Shown: positions 28,577 to 39,386, counted from the stretch's first letter. The stretch: 54,444 bases of DNA from Clostridia bacterium (GCA_017508875.1 JAFWQX010000106.1:1-54444); one strand, 5' to 3'. A program made the numbers and translations. Notes: generated by a model from the sequence alone, not told the origin.

Positions 28577-29940
28577 TGGCTGTTTATATAGTCGGCGGCG
28601 GATTTGCAGGTTGTGAAGCGGCGTATCAGCTCGCTGCGAGGAACGTGCGCGTTAAGCTGATCGATATGAAACCGGTTAAATATTCACCGGCTCACGTGAG
28701 CGAAAAGCTGTGCGAGCTCGTATGCAGTAATTCATTTAAATCGTCGGACGTTAACACGGCTTCGGGCCTCCTTAAGGAAGAGATGCGCGTCCTGAATTCA
28801 CTCGTGCTGAGCTGCGCAGATGAAAGCACGGTCCCGGCGGGAGGAGCGCTCGCCGTTGACCGCGAAATATTCGCCGGACTCGTGACGCGAAGACTTCAGG
28901 ATGAACCGTGCGTGGAGATCATAAGCAAAACGGTGGAAAGCATTGACGAACTCACCTCGCTGCCGGACGCGCAGGCGGTGATCATCGCCACCGGGCCTCT
29001 TACAGACGAGGCGCTTTCAAATGATATTAAAAACAGGCTGGGAGAGGATTCTCTCAGCTTTTTTGATGCCGCAGCGCCGGTGGTTTATAAAGAAAGCATC
29101 GATTTCGACAAGGCGTTTTACGCGTCAAGGTACGGCAAGGGCGATTCGGATTATATTAACTGCCCGATGAACGAAAGCGAATACGCCGCTTTTTATAACG
29201 AACTCATAAACGCACAGTGCGCGGAGGTCAAGGATTTCGACAATGACTGCGTTTACGAAGGCTGTATGCCCGTAGAAGTTATGGCCAGGCGCGGTTTCGA
29301 TACATTGAGATACGGCCCGATGAAGCCGGTAGGAATCACCAGACCCGGCACTAATGAACGCTATTATGCCGTGGTACAGTTAAGGCGCGACGACAGCGCG
29401 GATACGCTCTACAATATAGTAGGGTTTCAGACGAGACTAAAATTCGGGGAGCAGAAGCGCGTCTTCGGAATGATCCCGGGGCTGGAGAATGCCGAATACG
29501 CCAGGTACGGCGTAATGCATAAAAATACGTATATAAAATCTCCGGGACTGCTCGACGAGACGTATATGCTAAAGAAAAGCCACGAGGGAGAGGAAGCCTC
29601 CGTGCCTGTATTTTTCGCGGGGCAGATCACGGGCGTCGAAGGATACATCGAATCAGCTTCTTCCGGACTTATTGCCGGCATCAACGCATATTGCACCCTG
29701 AAGGGGCTCAGACCTTTCATCCCGGGCGCAGGAACACAGGTAGGCGCCCTGAGTGCGTACGCTGCAGGCTACGGAGGTGCTGATTTTCAGCCTATGGGTG
29801 CGAATTTCGGCATTATGACACCTGTTCTTCCGGAAGGCTCCTTCAAAATACGTGATAAAAAGCGCAAAAAAGAATTGATTTCAAAGAGCGCTTTGGATAT
29901 ACTTAACCATATAAAAACAGATAGGAGTGATTTGTTTTGA
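28576..29940 (+). CDS. trmFO: tRNA (uracil-54-C5) methyltransferase, FADH2-oxidizing
   Basis: GGGFAGCEAA, ELVCSNS, FFDAAAP, YNIVGFQT, RYGVMHKNTY, AGQITGVEGY; follows topA. Confidence 0.97.
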   Translation: MAVYIVGGGFAGCEAAYQLAARNVRVKLIDMKPVKYSPAHVSEKLCELVCSNSFKSSDVNTASGLLKEEMRVLNSLVLSCADESTVPAGGALAVDREIFAGLVTRRLQDEPCVEIISKTVESIDELTSLPDAQAVIIATGPLTDEALSNDIKNRLGEDSLSFFDAAAPVVYKESIDFDKAFYASRYGKGDSDYINCPMNESEYAAFYNELINAQCAEVKDFDNDCVYEGCMPVEVMARRGFDTLRYGPMKPVGITRPGTNERYYAVVQLRRDDSADTLYNIVGFQTRLKFGEQKRVFGMIPGLENAEYARYGVMHKNTYIKSPGLLDETYMLKKSHEGEEASVPVFFAGQITGVEGYIESASSGLIAGINAYCTLKGLRPFIPGAGTQVGALSAYAAGYGGADFQPMGANFGIMTPVLPEGSFKIRDKKRKKELISKSALDILNHIKTDRSDLF

Positions 29941-32477
29941 TTCAGAAGTCTGACAGAAGATTTTTAAACAGCACCTGGATCGCGCTGAACGACGGTCAGT
30001 GCGAGAAAGAGAAGACAGAGATCGCTAACGCGTGGTCCGGCGAAAAGCCCTGGGACAGATACAGCGATATCGACGTTGGGAACGGACTTCCGGTATTCCG
30101 CAAAAAATTCGGTACCGCCGCTAAAAAGCCCGTAAAATGCACCGTATACGCAACTGCGCTCGGCTGCTTCGAACTATTCATGAACGGAAAGCGCGTGGGT
30201 AAAAAGAGCGGAAACGGCTACAAATACGACGAGCTCAAGCCCGGCTGGACTGATTTCAACAAACGCACACTTTTCTATACATACAACCTTACGCCGTTCC
30301 TTTCCGAAGACGGCGTAAACTGCCTGATCGCTCCGGTCTCGAACGGCTGGTACCAGGGCAGGATCTCGTTCAACACGTACGGAACACATAAGGTCGCATT
30401 CAACGCGGTGCTCGAGGTCGAATACGAAGACGGCACGAAACAGACGATCACTACCGACACCGACTGGGAAGCGAAGATCACCGGACCGGTGATTGCCGCA
30501 GACATCTGGGACGGCGAAGTGTACGACGCCGAAAGAACGTCATTCGAAGAATTGTCCCTCCCCGGAAAGAGGACTCAGGGCTGGGAAAAAGTCCAGAAAT
30601 ATGAGGAATTTAACGGCATCGTTACTAAGAACGTCGCGCCGCCCGTAAGGATCAGACGCATAACGATGAAACCTGTAAAACTCACGCGCTATACCGACGT
30701 CGATACTTCGGACGGAACAGATTTCGGAAGAATAATCGTAAGCGCGACAGTTAAAAAGCCCGGCGCCGTGACCCTTAAAAAAGGCGAAAAATTCATATAC
30801 GACATGGGTCAGAATATGGTCGGCTGGGTCAATTTCACAGTTTCCGGAAAGAAAGGCACCCGCATTACCACAAGGTACGCCGAAATGCTCAACGACTCCG
30901 GACTTAAGAGCAGGGGCAACGACGGTCCCGAAGGCTCCGTTTACACCGCAAACTACCGCAGTGCAAAAGCGCGCGGAACGTATATTTTAAGCGGCGCGGG
31001 AGACGAATCGTACCATCCGATGTTCACGTTCTACGGCTTCAGATATATCGAAGTCACCGCAGACGCAGACGTCGAGATAAAGGCGCTAAAAGCGGACGTC
31101 GTAGGTTCGGATAACGTAGAGACAGGCTCGATCGAGACCTCTTCGAAAGACGTAAACAAACTCATTTCCAACATTCTCTGGGGCCAGAGAGGAAATTACC
31201 TGACGGTACCGACCGACTGCCCGCAGAGAGACGAAAGACTCGGCTGGACCGGCGACACGCAGATATTCTGCGGCACCGCAGCCTACAACGCAAACGTGCT
31301 CGACTTCTTCCGCAAATGGCTCGTTGACGCCGCGGACAGCCAGAGCGAAGCCGGGGCATTCTCCGACGTAGTGCCGAGAGTGCGCGTCGTTGGCGAGGGC
31401 AACGCCGCGTGGGGAGACGCGCCGGTCATTGCCGCCTATACGATGTACCGGATGTACGGCGACGTTAAGATCGTAAAAGATACTTACCCTTCGCTCGTAA
31501 AATATATGAATTATCTTTCGAATTTCGGCCTGAACGGCCCGAATCCCGGCTACGGCGACTGGCTGGCGTACGAACCGACCGATAAGCGTTATATCTGCAT
31601 CTGCTACTATGCGTACGACGCGCTTATTATGGAAAAACTTTCCGCGCTGCTCGGAAAGACACGCAAAGCCGCTTCGTACCGCAAGCTTTACGAGCGGATC
31701 AGGCGCTATTTCAAGAAATTGTACTTCAAGCGCGGAAAGCTTACCGAGACTTCGCAGACAGCTTATCTGCTCGGGCTCAGGTACGGGCTCGTTCCGGATT
31801 CGTACGTCGAAGAGGCAAAACGGATCCTGGCGAAAAAGATCGTTGACAACGGATATAAACTCAGCACCGGCTTCGTCGGTACGGGTATTTTGAACGTTTC
31901 ACTGAGCGAGTTCGGCATGGACAATCTCGCGTACTCGCTGCTGCTTCAGAAGGGCAATCCTTCCTGGCTCTACAGCGTCTATCAGGGTGCGACGACGATA
32001 TGGGAGCGCTGGAATTCGTACACGCTTGACAAAGGCTTCGGCGACGTGGGAATGAACTCTTTCAACCACTACGCATACGGTTCCGTTCAGGAGTGGATGT
32101 ATAAATACATGCTCGGCATCGATAACGACGAGGAAGATCCCGGCTTCCGCCACATCATTTTAAGACCGACTCCGGATACCAGAACTGCTGACGAAATGCC
32201 TGAAGGCCAGGAGCACATCACGTGGGTCAAGGGACATTACAATTCCGTCGCCGGCGAGATCGCAGCTTCGTGGTCAATGGAAAGTGATTCTTTCGTGTAC
32301 AACGTTTCTATCCCGCAGGGCGCGTATGCGACGCTCTATCTGCCTGTGTTTGACGAAAATGCAGGTACGATCACGTGCAACGGTACAGTGAGCCCCGTTT
32401 CGGATTTCGAGCGGGAAGGGTCCAAACTGAAGATCGATCTTGCGTGCGGAAAATACACGTTTGAGGTCATGAGATAA
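29937..32477 (+). CDS. GH78 alpha-L-rhamnosidase
   Basis: DMGQNMVGW, FTFYGFRY, PTDCPQRDERLGWTGD, GATTIWERWNS, MNSFNHYAYG; TTG start overlaps the trmFO stop. Confidence 0.93.
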   Translation: MIQKSDRRFLNSTWIALNDGQCEKEKTEIANAWSGEKPWDRYSDIDVGNGLPVFRKKFGTAAKKPVKCTVYATALGCFELFMNGKRVGKKSGNGYKYDELKPGWTDFNKRTLFYTYNLTPFLSEDGVNCLIAPVSNGWYQGRISFNTYGTHKVAFNAVLEVEYEDGTKQTITTDTDWEAKITGPVIAADIWDGEVYDAERTSFEELSLPGKRTQGWEKVQKYEEFNGIVTKNVAPPVRIRRITMKPVKLTRYTDVDTSDGTDFGRIIVSATVKKPGAVTLKKGEKFIYDMGQNMVGWVNFTVSGKKGTRITTRYAEMLNDSGLKSRGNDGPEGSVYTANYRSAKARGTYILSGAGDESYHPMFTFYGFRYIEVTADADVEIKALKADVVGSDNVETGSIETSSKDVNKLISNILWGQRGNYLTVPTDCPQRDERLGWTGDTQIFCGTAAYNANVLDFFRKWLVDAADSQSEAGAFSDVVPRVRVVGEGNAAWGDAPVIAAYTMYRMYGDVKIVKDTYPSLVKYMNYLSNFGLNGPNPGYGDWLAYEPTDKRYICICYYAYDALIMEKLSALLGKTRKAASYRKLYERIRRYFKKLYFKRGKLTETSQTAYLLGLRYGLVPDSYVEEAKRILAKKIVDNGYKLSTGFVGTGILNVSLSEFGMDNLAYSLLLQKGNPSWLYSVYQGATTIWERWNSYTLDKGFGDVGMNSFNHYAYGSVQEWMYKYMLGIDNDEEDPGFRHIILRPTPDTRTADEMPEGQEHITWVKGHYNSVAGEIAASWSMESDSFVYNVSIPQGAYATLYLPVFDENAGTITCNGTVSPVSDFEREGSKLKIDLACGKYTFEVMR

Positions 32478-32495
32478 AGCAGTGAGGTAGTTTTA

Positions 32496-33434
32496 ATGAA
32501 GATCAGGCGCGGGTTAGTATTGCTGATATTACTTGGATTGAGCGCCGCGGTAATGAGCGGATGCGGCGGAGGCCCCGCCGCGCCCTCGCTGACCGTGAAG
32601 CCCGGCTCGGAAGACGTTATCATCACGCCTATATCCGTGGATATAAAAGGAAGCGACGATCCGGCCGTTGACCGCACAGACGGACCTTCGAATACACCCG
32701 GTCCGGGCGGGGATACGCAAACCGACGGTCACGCGGGTCCGACACCTGTTGTCGATCCCACGCAGCCGCTCGCCGGACTCGTAATATGCGTTGACGCAGG
32801 CCACCAGGACACCGGAATCAGTGAAAAAGAACCGTGTGCTCCGTGGGGACCTGACGCTAATTCCAAGGTCAACAATACCGTTATGAAAGCGAAGGCTACT
32901 TCCGGTACTTCGGGCGTAAGCACGAAAAAGACCGAATACCAGGTGAATCTGGAGATCGCATTGAAACTTCGCGACGCACTGGAGGCAAAAGGCGCGACAG
33001 TCGTCATGAGCCGCACGGACAATTCCACCAGGCTTTCGAACATGGACCGTGCGCTGATGGCGAACGAAAGGAACTGCGTGCTTACGTTCAATATCCACTG
33101 CAACGGTTCGGACAATCAATCCGTTTCCGGGATCGAGCTTTACGTGAGGGGCGCCGGCGACAATACTTCCGAGTACGCCGAGCGTTCGAAAAATGAAGCT
33201 GCACTGGGTCAGAAGCTGCTCGACAAACTGGCTGCCGGTACGGGTGCGAAAAAGCGCAGCGTAAATAAGAGCGATTCGTATACAGGTATAAACTGGCGCG
33301 ACCATACCACGTTCATCATCGAATGCGGCTTTATGAGCAACCCTGAGGAGGACGTGAATCTAAGTACTCCTGAATATCAGGATAAACTTGTCAATGCCAT
33401 CGTAAAGTTTACGGTCGAGGATTTTAAAGGATGA
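32496..33434 (+). CDS. N-acetylmuramoyl-L-alanine amidase (Amidase_3) lipoprotein
   Basis: Lipobox MSGC, Pro/Thr linker, VICVDAGHQ, EYQVNL, NIHCNG, IIECGFMSN. Confidence 0.92.
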   Translation: MKIRRGLVLLILLGLSAAVMSGCGGGPAAPSLTVKPGSEDVIITPISVDIKGSDDPAVDRTDGPSNTPGPGGDTQTDGHAGPTPVVDPTQPLAGLVICVDAGHQDTGISEKEPCAPWGPDANSKVNNTVMKAKATSGTSGVSTKKTEYQVNLEIALKLRDALEAKGATVVMSRTDNSTRLSNMDRALMANERNCVLTFNIHCNGSDNQSVSGIELYVRGAGDNTSEYAERSKNEAALGQKLLDKLAAGTGAKKRSVNKSDSYTGINWRDHTTFIIECGFMSNPEEDVNLSTPEYQDKLVNAIVKFTVEDFKG

Positions 33435-34273
33435 ATAATTGTAAAGCGGCGCGAAAATGCATTGTTATGCGGCTTTGCGCCGTTTTTATGTCCGTTTTGG
33501 TGCTTATCCCGGCGTGCGGGTGCGGCATTATTGAGGACATTTTGCTCCCGGCAGCTACGGCAGAGAATGCAGGCGGCACGACTGACGGCGATCCCGAAAC
33601 GCCTTACGGAGCAGCTTCGCCGAGTCCGTTACCGGAGCTGACTGAAGCGGAAAAACAGTTCTGGAAGCAGGCGGAAAAACTGCTGGATTACTACGAAGAC
33701 GTTGCCCTCGGCTCCGAATACGGCGATGCCGACGGAAAAGTGCATAAGTGGAAGGAAACGGTTAAACTTTACGTTCACGCCTCGCCGGAATACGAAAAAT
33801 ATAAAGATTTTTACACACGATTTATTGACCGGATGAACGCGATCGAAGGATTTCCCGGGATCGAGTTTACGGATGATCCTGAAAACGCCTCGCTTACACT
33901 CGAATTTGTCAGCGCGGAAGAACTGCAAAATGAGATCGGGGCCGGGAAGGATCAGGCGTACGGCTTTGCGCGCATCTCTTGGTATAACAGCAGCGGAGAG
34001 ATCTTTAAGGGCAATATCTATATCGTGCGTGAGGAGGATTCGTCCGAAGCTGACGTTAAACATACGCTGGTCGAAGAAACTGCGCAGGCAGCGGGCCTTA
34101 TGAACGACTCGTACAGATACGAAACCAGTATATTCTATCAGGGCTATTCAACTGTCAATAAGCTGTCGGAAGAAGACGAGATATTGCTCAGAATGCATTA
34201 TTCAGAATACCTGAGCGGCGGCATCGATGCGGCACAGGTCAGAGAGATCGTCACAAAGCTTGCCAATTCATAA
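33431..34273 (+). CDS. DUF2927-like lipoprotein (degenerate zincin-like motif)
   Basis: Lipobox-like ACGC; [17 protein letters not shown]...SIFY. Confidence 0.7.
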   Translation: MNNCKAARKCIVMRLCAVFMSVLVLIPACGCGIIEDILLPAATAENAGGTTDGDPETPYGAASPSPLPELTEAEKQFWKQAEKLLDYYEDVALGSEYGDADGKVHKWKETVKLYVHASPEYEKYKDFYTRFIDRMNAIEGFPGIEFTDDPENASLTLEFVSAEELQNEIGAGKDQAYGFARISWYNSSGEIFKGNIYIVREEDSSEADVKHTLVEETAQAAGLMNDSYRYETSIFYQGYSTVNKLSEEDEILLRMHYSEYLSGGIDAAQVREIVTKLANS

Positions 34274-34401
34274 GATTTGTGGCAGAATATAAGATCGGAA
34301 AACGGCGCGGTGCGAAGTTCTTTCGTGAGCGCGTTCTATTATACACGTTCTGCGGGCGGGGACGCCGGGCAGAAAAATTAAAAAAAGGAATAATTTGGAT
34401 C

Positions 34402-35565
34402 ATGAAAAGAAATATTTTTACGTCTGAATCTGTGACAGAGGGGCATCCGGATAAAATATGCGACGCGATAGCCGACAGGATACTTGACGCGCTGATCGGG
34501 CAGGATCCCGGGTCCCGCGTGGCGTGCGAAGTTACCGCAGCGACCGGCCAGATAATGATCTTCGGCGAGATAACTACCAAAGCGGTGGTAGATTATACTA
34601 AAATTGTCCGCGACACCGTGCGCGACATAGGATATACAAGCTCCGAAATGGGCTTCGACGCCGATACGTGCGCCGTGATCAACTGCCTCAACAGGCAGTC
34701 TCCCGACATAGCGATGGGCGTCGACGTTGCCCTTGAGACCCGCGACCATACCGAAGCGAGCCTTCAGCTCGGCGCAGGCGATCAGGGTATGATGTTCGGC
34801 TATGCGTGCAACGAAACTCCTGAGCTGATGCCGCTGCCGATCAGCCTTGCGCATAAGCTTACGCGCAGGCTCACCGAAGTACGCAAGCAGGGGATACTTC
34901 CGTATCTGAGACCGGACGGGAAGGCGCAGGTTTCAGTCGAGTACGACGGGGCAAACAAGCCGCGCCGCATCGATGCGGTGGTCGTTTCGAGCCAGCACAG
35001 CCCTGACGTTGACGTCGGTCAATTGCGTTCCGATATTGAGAAGTTCGTGATCCGCGACGCGATCCCTGCTGAATTGATCGATGACAATACAAAGTTCTTT
35101 ATTAATCCTACCGGGCGCTTCGTTATCGGCGGTCCGTGCGGCGATTCCGGGCTCACAGGCCGTAAACTTATTGTCGACACTTACGGCGGCATGGGCAGGC
35201 ACGGCGGCGGAAGTTTTTCCGGCAAGGATCCTACTAAAGTTGACCGTTCGGCCTCTTATATGGCGAGACATATCGCCAAGAGCGTCGTGGGCAGCGGCCT
35301 TGCGGACAGGGTGGAAGTGCAGATAGCGTACGCGATCGGCGTCGCGCATCCCGTTTCTGTCAGGCTCGATACGTTCGGCACTGAAAAGGTAAGTGTGGAT
35401 TCGATCGAGCGCGCGATACTCGACACTTTCGATCTGCGTCCCGGCGCGATCATAGATTATCTCGATCTTCGCAAGCCTATTTACGCACTGACGTCAAACT
35501 ACGGCCACTTCGGCAAGGAAAACTGCGGCCTGAAGTGGGAAGAGGTCAGGAAAATTCGGGCTTGA
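34402..35565 (+). CDS. metK: S-adenosylmethionine synthetase
   Basis: [46 protein letters not shown]. Confidence 0.98.
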   Translation: MKRNIFTSESVTEGHPDKICDAIADRILDALIGQDPGSRVACEVTAATGQIMIFGEITTKAVVDYTKIVRDTVRDIGYTSSEMGFDADTCAVINCLNRQSPDIAMGVDVALETRDHTEASLQLGAGDQGMMFGYACNETPELMPLPISLAHKLTRRLTEVRKQGILPYLRPDGKAQVSVEYDGANKPRRIDAVVVSSQHSPDVDVGQLRSDIEKFVIRDAIPAELIDDNTKFFINPTGRFVIGGPCGDSGLTGRKLIVDTYGGMGRHGGGSFSGKDPTKVDRSASYMARHIAKSVVGSGLADRVEVQIAYAIGVAHPVSVRLDTFGTEKVSVDSIERAILDTFDLRPGAIIDYLDLRKPIYALTSNYGHFGKENCGLKWEEVRKIRA

Positions 35566-35577
35566 ACAACGAGCAAC

Positions 35578-35643
35578 AACTCTAAACTCTAAACTCTGAA
35601 CTCTGAACTCTAAACTCTGAACTCTGAACTCTGAACTCTGAAC
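35578..35643. repeat. Heptanucleotide tandem repeat AACTCTR x9
   Basis: AACTCTA x2, AACTCTG x2, AACTCTA, AACTCTG x4, then AAC; lies between convergent metK and GH78 genes. Confidence 0.97.
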
Positions 35644-35666
35644 ACATCGGAGATAGTTGCACGTTC

Positions 35667-38186
35667 CTATTTGTTCGTTCTTCTTTTATGCACCGTCGAT
35701 TTGCTGTTTGAACCGGGACCGATATTGACCGAGACAGCCTCGCCGCCGGGCAGCGGCATTTGACCTTTTGCCCTTATCAGCGGCGTTTCAAGCGGCTTGA
35801 AATCGAAATCTGCGAAACCGGGCCGCACGGGCGTAATGCCGAGCACGTATTTGCCGTAAAGAATGACGGGGATCGCAGACCAGCCGTGGCACAGGCTGCC
35901 CGCGTCGCCGAAAGCCCAGGCACCGTCGATATGCTCCCAGAAAGACGTTGCCCCGTTATACAGCATATAGCCCCATTTTTCGGCGATCTCATCGAAAACG
36001 TAAGCTGCGTATTTGCTTCCGAGACCTAAAAGCGCCTCATATTTGAAGATTGAATGGCTGAGCGTGACGGGTACGAACCTCTTCGGGCTGCCAGGGACGA
36101 TCGAATCCGCCTCTTTTTCGTAATCTAAAAGGATCGGGCCGCGTTTACCGGTCAATATTTCGGCGACGCGGTCAATTTTTGCAGCGGGTACGGCTCCGGC
36201 GTAGAGGGCGAGGGCGTGCGTAAGCTCGCTGTAATGCACTTTGCTGCCGTTGACGATATACGTGGCGTAAGCGTCGCGCTCGCTGTTCCAGAAGGTATCG
36301 TGGAACGATGAGACAACAGACTTGTGGAGCATCTCGTACCAGGAGAATTGACGCCTGTAATCGTGCTCGTCATCCTGCTCGTGATGCCTGATGAGCCACG
36401 CCGAAAGTTTTGACGCCGCATCGAGCGCCAGAGCGTAGAACAGGGTGAGGGGAGCGTCGGCATTGTCCTCGCCAGCCTTTCTGATGCCGGGCATTGCGGA
36501 ATTGTCCATCAGATCGGACCATTCGTAGAAATTCCACGCTCCGGGAGTGGTAAACGGCCCGAGCCTGTCTGTGCCGCGCGAATGCAGCCAGAACGTGTGG
36601 ATGATCTTCTCGACCGTCGGGAACACTTCTGCGGCGAACAGGTAATCGCCTGAATACAGCACGTATTCGCACAGTTCGACGATCCACATAAGCGAGAAGC
36701 ACGGGATCCAGACGGAAACTTTTGCTGGAGCGCAAAGCTCAAGCTGCCCGTCGGACCTGAGAGAATGTGAAAGCAGTCTGAGACTCGCCTTCGGAAAATC
36801 GTATTCGCCGAAAGAATAGTAGCCGGCGAGCATCTGGTTCCTCGAATCCATCGAATAGAGCGCCTGCTCGCGCCACGGACAATCTTCGTAATGTTCGTGC
36901 ATGCATAGCCTGAGCGTATCGAGGCTTACCTGATATATCTTATTATGCAGCGAGTCTGACGAACTGAAGCCGCAGACGTCGGTAAGCGGGTAGTCGGTAT
37001 TGAGTATTCCGGCATAGTAGAGTTTGAAATCGAAAGAAGTGACGAAAATCTGCACGTACCGAAGCCCCATCCGCTTCGAATAATGCGTAAACTGCTGCCT
37101 TCCGCCGCAGCACGTGTAAACGCCCGAGAAGCATCTGCCGCCAACGAATGATCTTACGCGCAGGTCGATCAGATGTTCTCCGTAACCTATGTAGACTTTA
37201 GTGCCGGCCGGGGCGTCAATGTCGATGTGGAAATAACCCGCGCTTTCGCGGCCGAGGTCAACGAGTGCGTAGATCCCGTGGTAAGGTTTGGCGGCGGGGT
37301 ATCTGAAATGGAACGGCTGCGTTTCAGCATCTGACGGAACGCCTCCGAACGACAGATCGGCCGTATATCCGCTGTCGGTTATTTCGTGAGTATACCTCTG
37401 GCTGAGAGAGGCGTGCTGGAGTTTCTGCGCGGTGAGAGCGTCGTTTTCGTCGCTCATTATACGGAACAGCCCCTGAGTAACGATTTTAGCACGCGCAGGA
37501 GGCCCTACGATCAATTTTTGTATCGGGCGCGGATAGAGAGGCACCCTCGTGCGTTCGCGCGGTTTTAGGGGGTATTCTGCGAAATACAGGGCCATTCTGG
37601 ATTCGGCGGCGGGGAAGTACGGGCGGAGCACCTGGAGGGCCTGCGCGTTGTATTCGAACGAGTAGCCGAGCTGCCCGGTGATCATTTCCATATTTCCGGA
37701 GCGGTACGCGGGGTTAAGTCTGCCGAGGGTGGCTGCGGAGCTTTCCGCGAGGACCTTCTCGCCGTTATAGACGACGTAGCAGAAGCCGGGCTCGCCGTGG
37801 AGGTACGTTGACGAGGAAGTGCCCTGGTAGTATATGAGAAATCTGAGCGTGTTTTCGCCTTCGCGAAGGTAGTCGGAGATGTTTATCTCGTCGTAGACTT
37901 TCGCGTCGGGGAAGTCGGCAAACTGGCCGGTGGAAACGAAAACGCTGTTGACCCAGAGCGCGTACTGAGAATCTGCGCTGATGCGTATCATCATCCGGTC
38001 GCCCGGGAAGAAGGCGGAAACGTCATTGTCCGTCTCGCTTCCGGTCTTTGCCCCCGCGTTCCGGCGTGCGTCAACACGGGCGGTCCCGGGGGATGCGCAT
38101 TCAAATCTTACGGTGAAGCTGTCGGTGAAATCTCCGTACGTGTTGGGCGTGTTTTCGTCGCTGTTTACGAGCCAAATCCATTTCAT
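35667..38186 (-). CDS. GH78-like alpha-L-rhamnosidase
   Basis: RISADSQYALWVN, DLGRESAG, MHEHYEDCPWREQALY, GATSFWE, SLCHGWS. Confidence 0.88.
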   Translation of the reverse strand: MKWIWLVNSDENTPNTYGDFTDSFTVRFECASPGTARVDARRNAGAKTGSETDNDVSAFFPGDRMMIRISADSQYALWVNSVFVSTGQFADFPDAKVYDEINISDYLREGENTLRFLIYYQGTSSSTYLHGEPGFCYVVYNGEKVLAESSAATLGRLNPAYRSGNMEMITGQLGYSFEYNAQALQVLRPYFPAAESRMALYFAEYPLKPRERTRVPLYPRPIQKLIVGPPARAKIVTQGLFRIMSDENDALTAQKLQHASLSQRYTHEITDSGYTADLSFGGVPSDAETQPFHFRYPAAKPYHGIYALVDLGRESAGYFHIDIDAPAGTKVYIGYGEHLIDLRVRSFVGGRCFSGVYTCCGGRQQFTHYSKRMGLRYVQIFVTSFDFKLYYAGILNTDYPLTDVCGFSSSDSLHNKIYQVSLDTLRLCMHEHYEDCPWREQALYSMDSRNQMLAGYYSFGEYDFPKASLRLLSHSLRSDGQLELCAPAKVSVWIPCFSLMWIVELCEYVLYSGDYLFAAEVFPTVEKIIHTFWLHSRGTDRLGPFTTPGAWNFYEWSDLMDNSAMPGIRKAGEDNADAPLTLFYALALDAASKLSAWLIRHHEQDDEHDYRRQFSWYEMLHKSVVSSFHDTFWNSERDAYATYIVNGSKVHYSELTHALALYAGAVPAAKIDRVAEILTGKRGPILLDYEKEADSIVPGSPKRFVPVTLSHSIFKYEALLGLGSKYAAYVFDEIAEKWGYMLYNGATSFWEHIDGAWAFGDAGSLCHGWSAIPVILYGKYVLGITPVRPGFADFDFKPLETPLIRAKGQMPLPGGEAVSVNIGPGSNSKSTVHKRRTNK

Positions 38187-38213
38187 AAACGCTCACTCCT
38201 GATATTTTTTTGT

Positions 38214-39386
38214 TTACAGACGTTCTAAGAAGCGTTTGACGCCCTCGAGCGCCTTTTTTATGTGATCTGCTGAATACGCGTAAGAAGCGCGCACGAAACC
38301 CTCTCCGGATGCGCCGAAAGCATTGCCCGGAACGAGCGCGATCTTCTCCGCCGAGAGCAGCTTTTCGCAGAATTCGTCCGACGACAGGCCGGTCGAAGAG
38401 ATGTTCGGGAAACAGTAAAAAGCGCCTTCGGGTTCGGTGCATCTGAGACCGAGGTCGTTGAAGCCTTTTACTATGAGCCTGCGCCTGTAATTGTATTCGC
38501 GGCGCATTTCCTCTATGTCGCCGTCTCCCTGCGATAGCGCTTCGATCGCGGCGTACTGGCTCGCGGTCGGGGCGCACATTATTGCATACTGGTGAAGCTT
38601 CGTCAGAGCGGCGCATACGGGCTCCGGAGCCATGGCGTATCCGAGGCGCCAGCCGGTCATGGCGTAAGCTTTTGAAAATCCGCTGACGATCACCGTGCGT
38701 TCTTTCATGCCCGGGATCGACGCGATGGACGTGTGCCTTTCTTCTGTGTACGTCAGTTCTGCGTATATTTCGTCCGAAATAACGACGATGTCGGTGCCGT
38801 TAAGTACGGCGGCGATCTCTTCGAGTTCTTTGCGCGAAAGAACGGATCCGGTCGGGTTATTCGGGAATGGCAGCACGAGCAGCTTGGTTTTTCCGGTGAT
38901 CGCGGCCTTCAGGGCTTTAGCAGTTAATTTAAATCCGTCTTCTTCTTTCAGGTCAATGTATACGGGCGTGGCGCCGCACAGACGGGCTAACGGTCCGTAG
39001 CATACGAAGCTGGGCTGGGGGACAATTACCTCGTCTCCCGGCTTTATGAATGCTCGCATCGACAGGTCGATCGCTTCCGAGCCTCCGACGGTGATAAGTA
39101 CGTTTTTTTCAGTATAATCGAGTCCGAAGCGCCGTTTCATATATAAGGCTGCCTCGCGGCGCAGCTCCTTAAGCCCTGAGTTCGCCGTATACTGGGTGCG
39201 GCCTTTTTCGAGCGAACGTATTCCGGCATTTCTGATGTGCCAGGGCGTAATAAAGTCAGGCTCGCCGATCCCGAGAGAGATGACGCCTTCCATCGTTGAT
39301 GCGATGTCGAAAAGCCTCCGTATGCCTGAAGGAGGCAGGGAGGTGAGCACGTCGTTTAATTGTGTTTCCGGTCTGAATTCTGTCAA
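38214..39386 (-). CDS. Class I/II PLP-dependent aminotransferase (YugH/AlaT-like)
   Basis: SGIRRLFD, SLGIGEPDF, PNNPTG, SDEIY, SGFSKAYAMTGWRLG. Confidence 0.95.
   Translation of the reverse strand: MTEFRPETQLNDVLTSLPPSGIRRLFDIASTMEGVISLGIGEPDFITPWHIRNAGIRSLEKGRTQYTANSGLKELRREAALYMKRRFGLDYTEKNVLITVGGSEAIDLSMRAFIKPGDEVIVPQPSFVCYGPLARLCGATPVYIDLKEEDGFKLTAKALKAAITGKTKLLVLPFPNNPTGSVLSRKELEEIAAVLNGTDIVVISDEIYAELTYTEERHTSIASIPGMKERTVIVSGFSKAYAMTGWRLGYAMAPEPVCAALTKLHQYAIMCAPTASQYAAIEALSQGDGDIEEMRREYNYRRRLIVKGFNDLGLRCTEPEGAFYCFPNISSTGLSSDEFCEKLLSAEKIALVPGNAFGASGEGFVRASYAYSADHIKKALEGVKRFLERL

Noticed and set aside
34290-34401. SAM-I, SAM-II or SMK riboswitch upstream of metK
   Set aside because: Diagnostic conserved segments not found; kept only as an unexplained structured leader.
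35566-35666. Replication terminus at the switch in gene orientation
   Set aside because: No dif-like site here, and the window is too short to judge GC skew.
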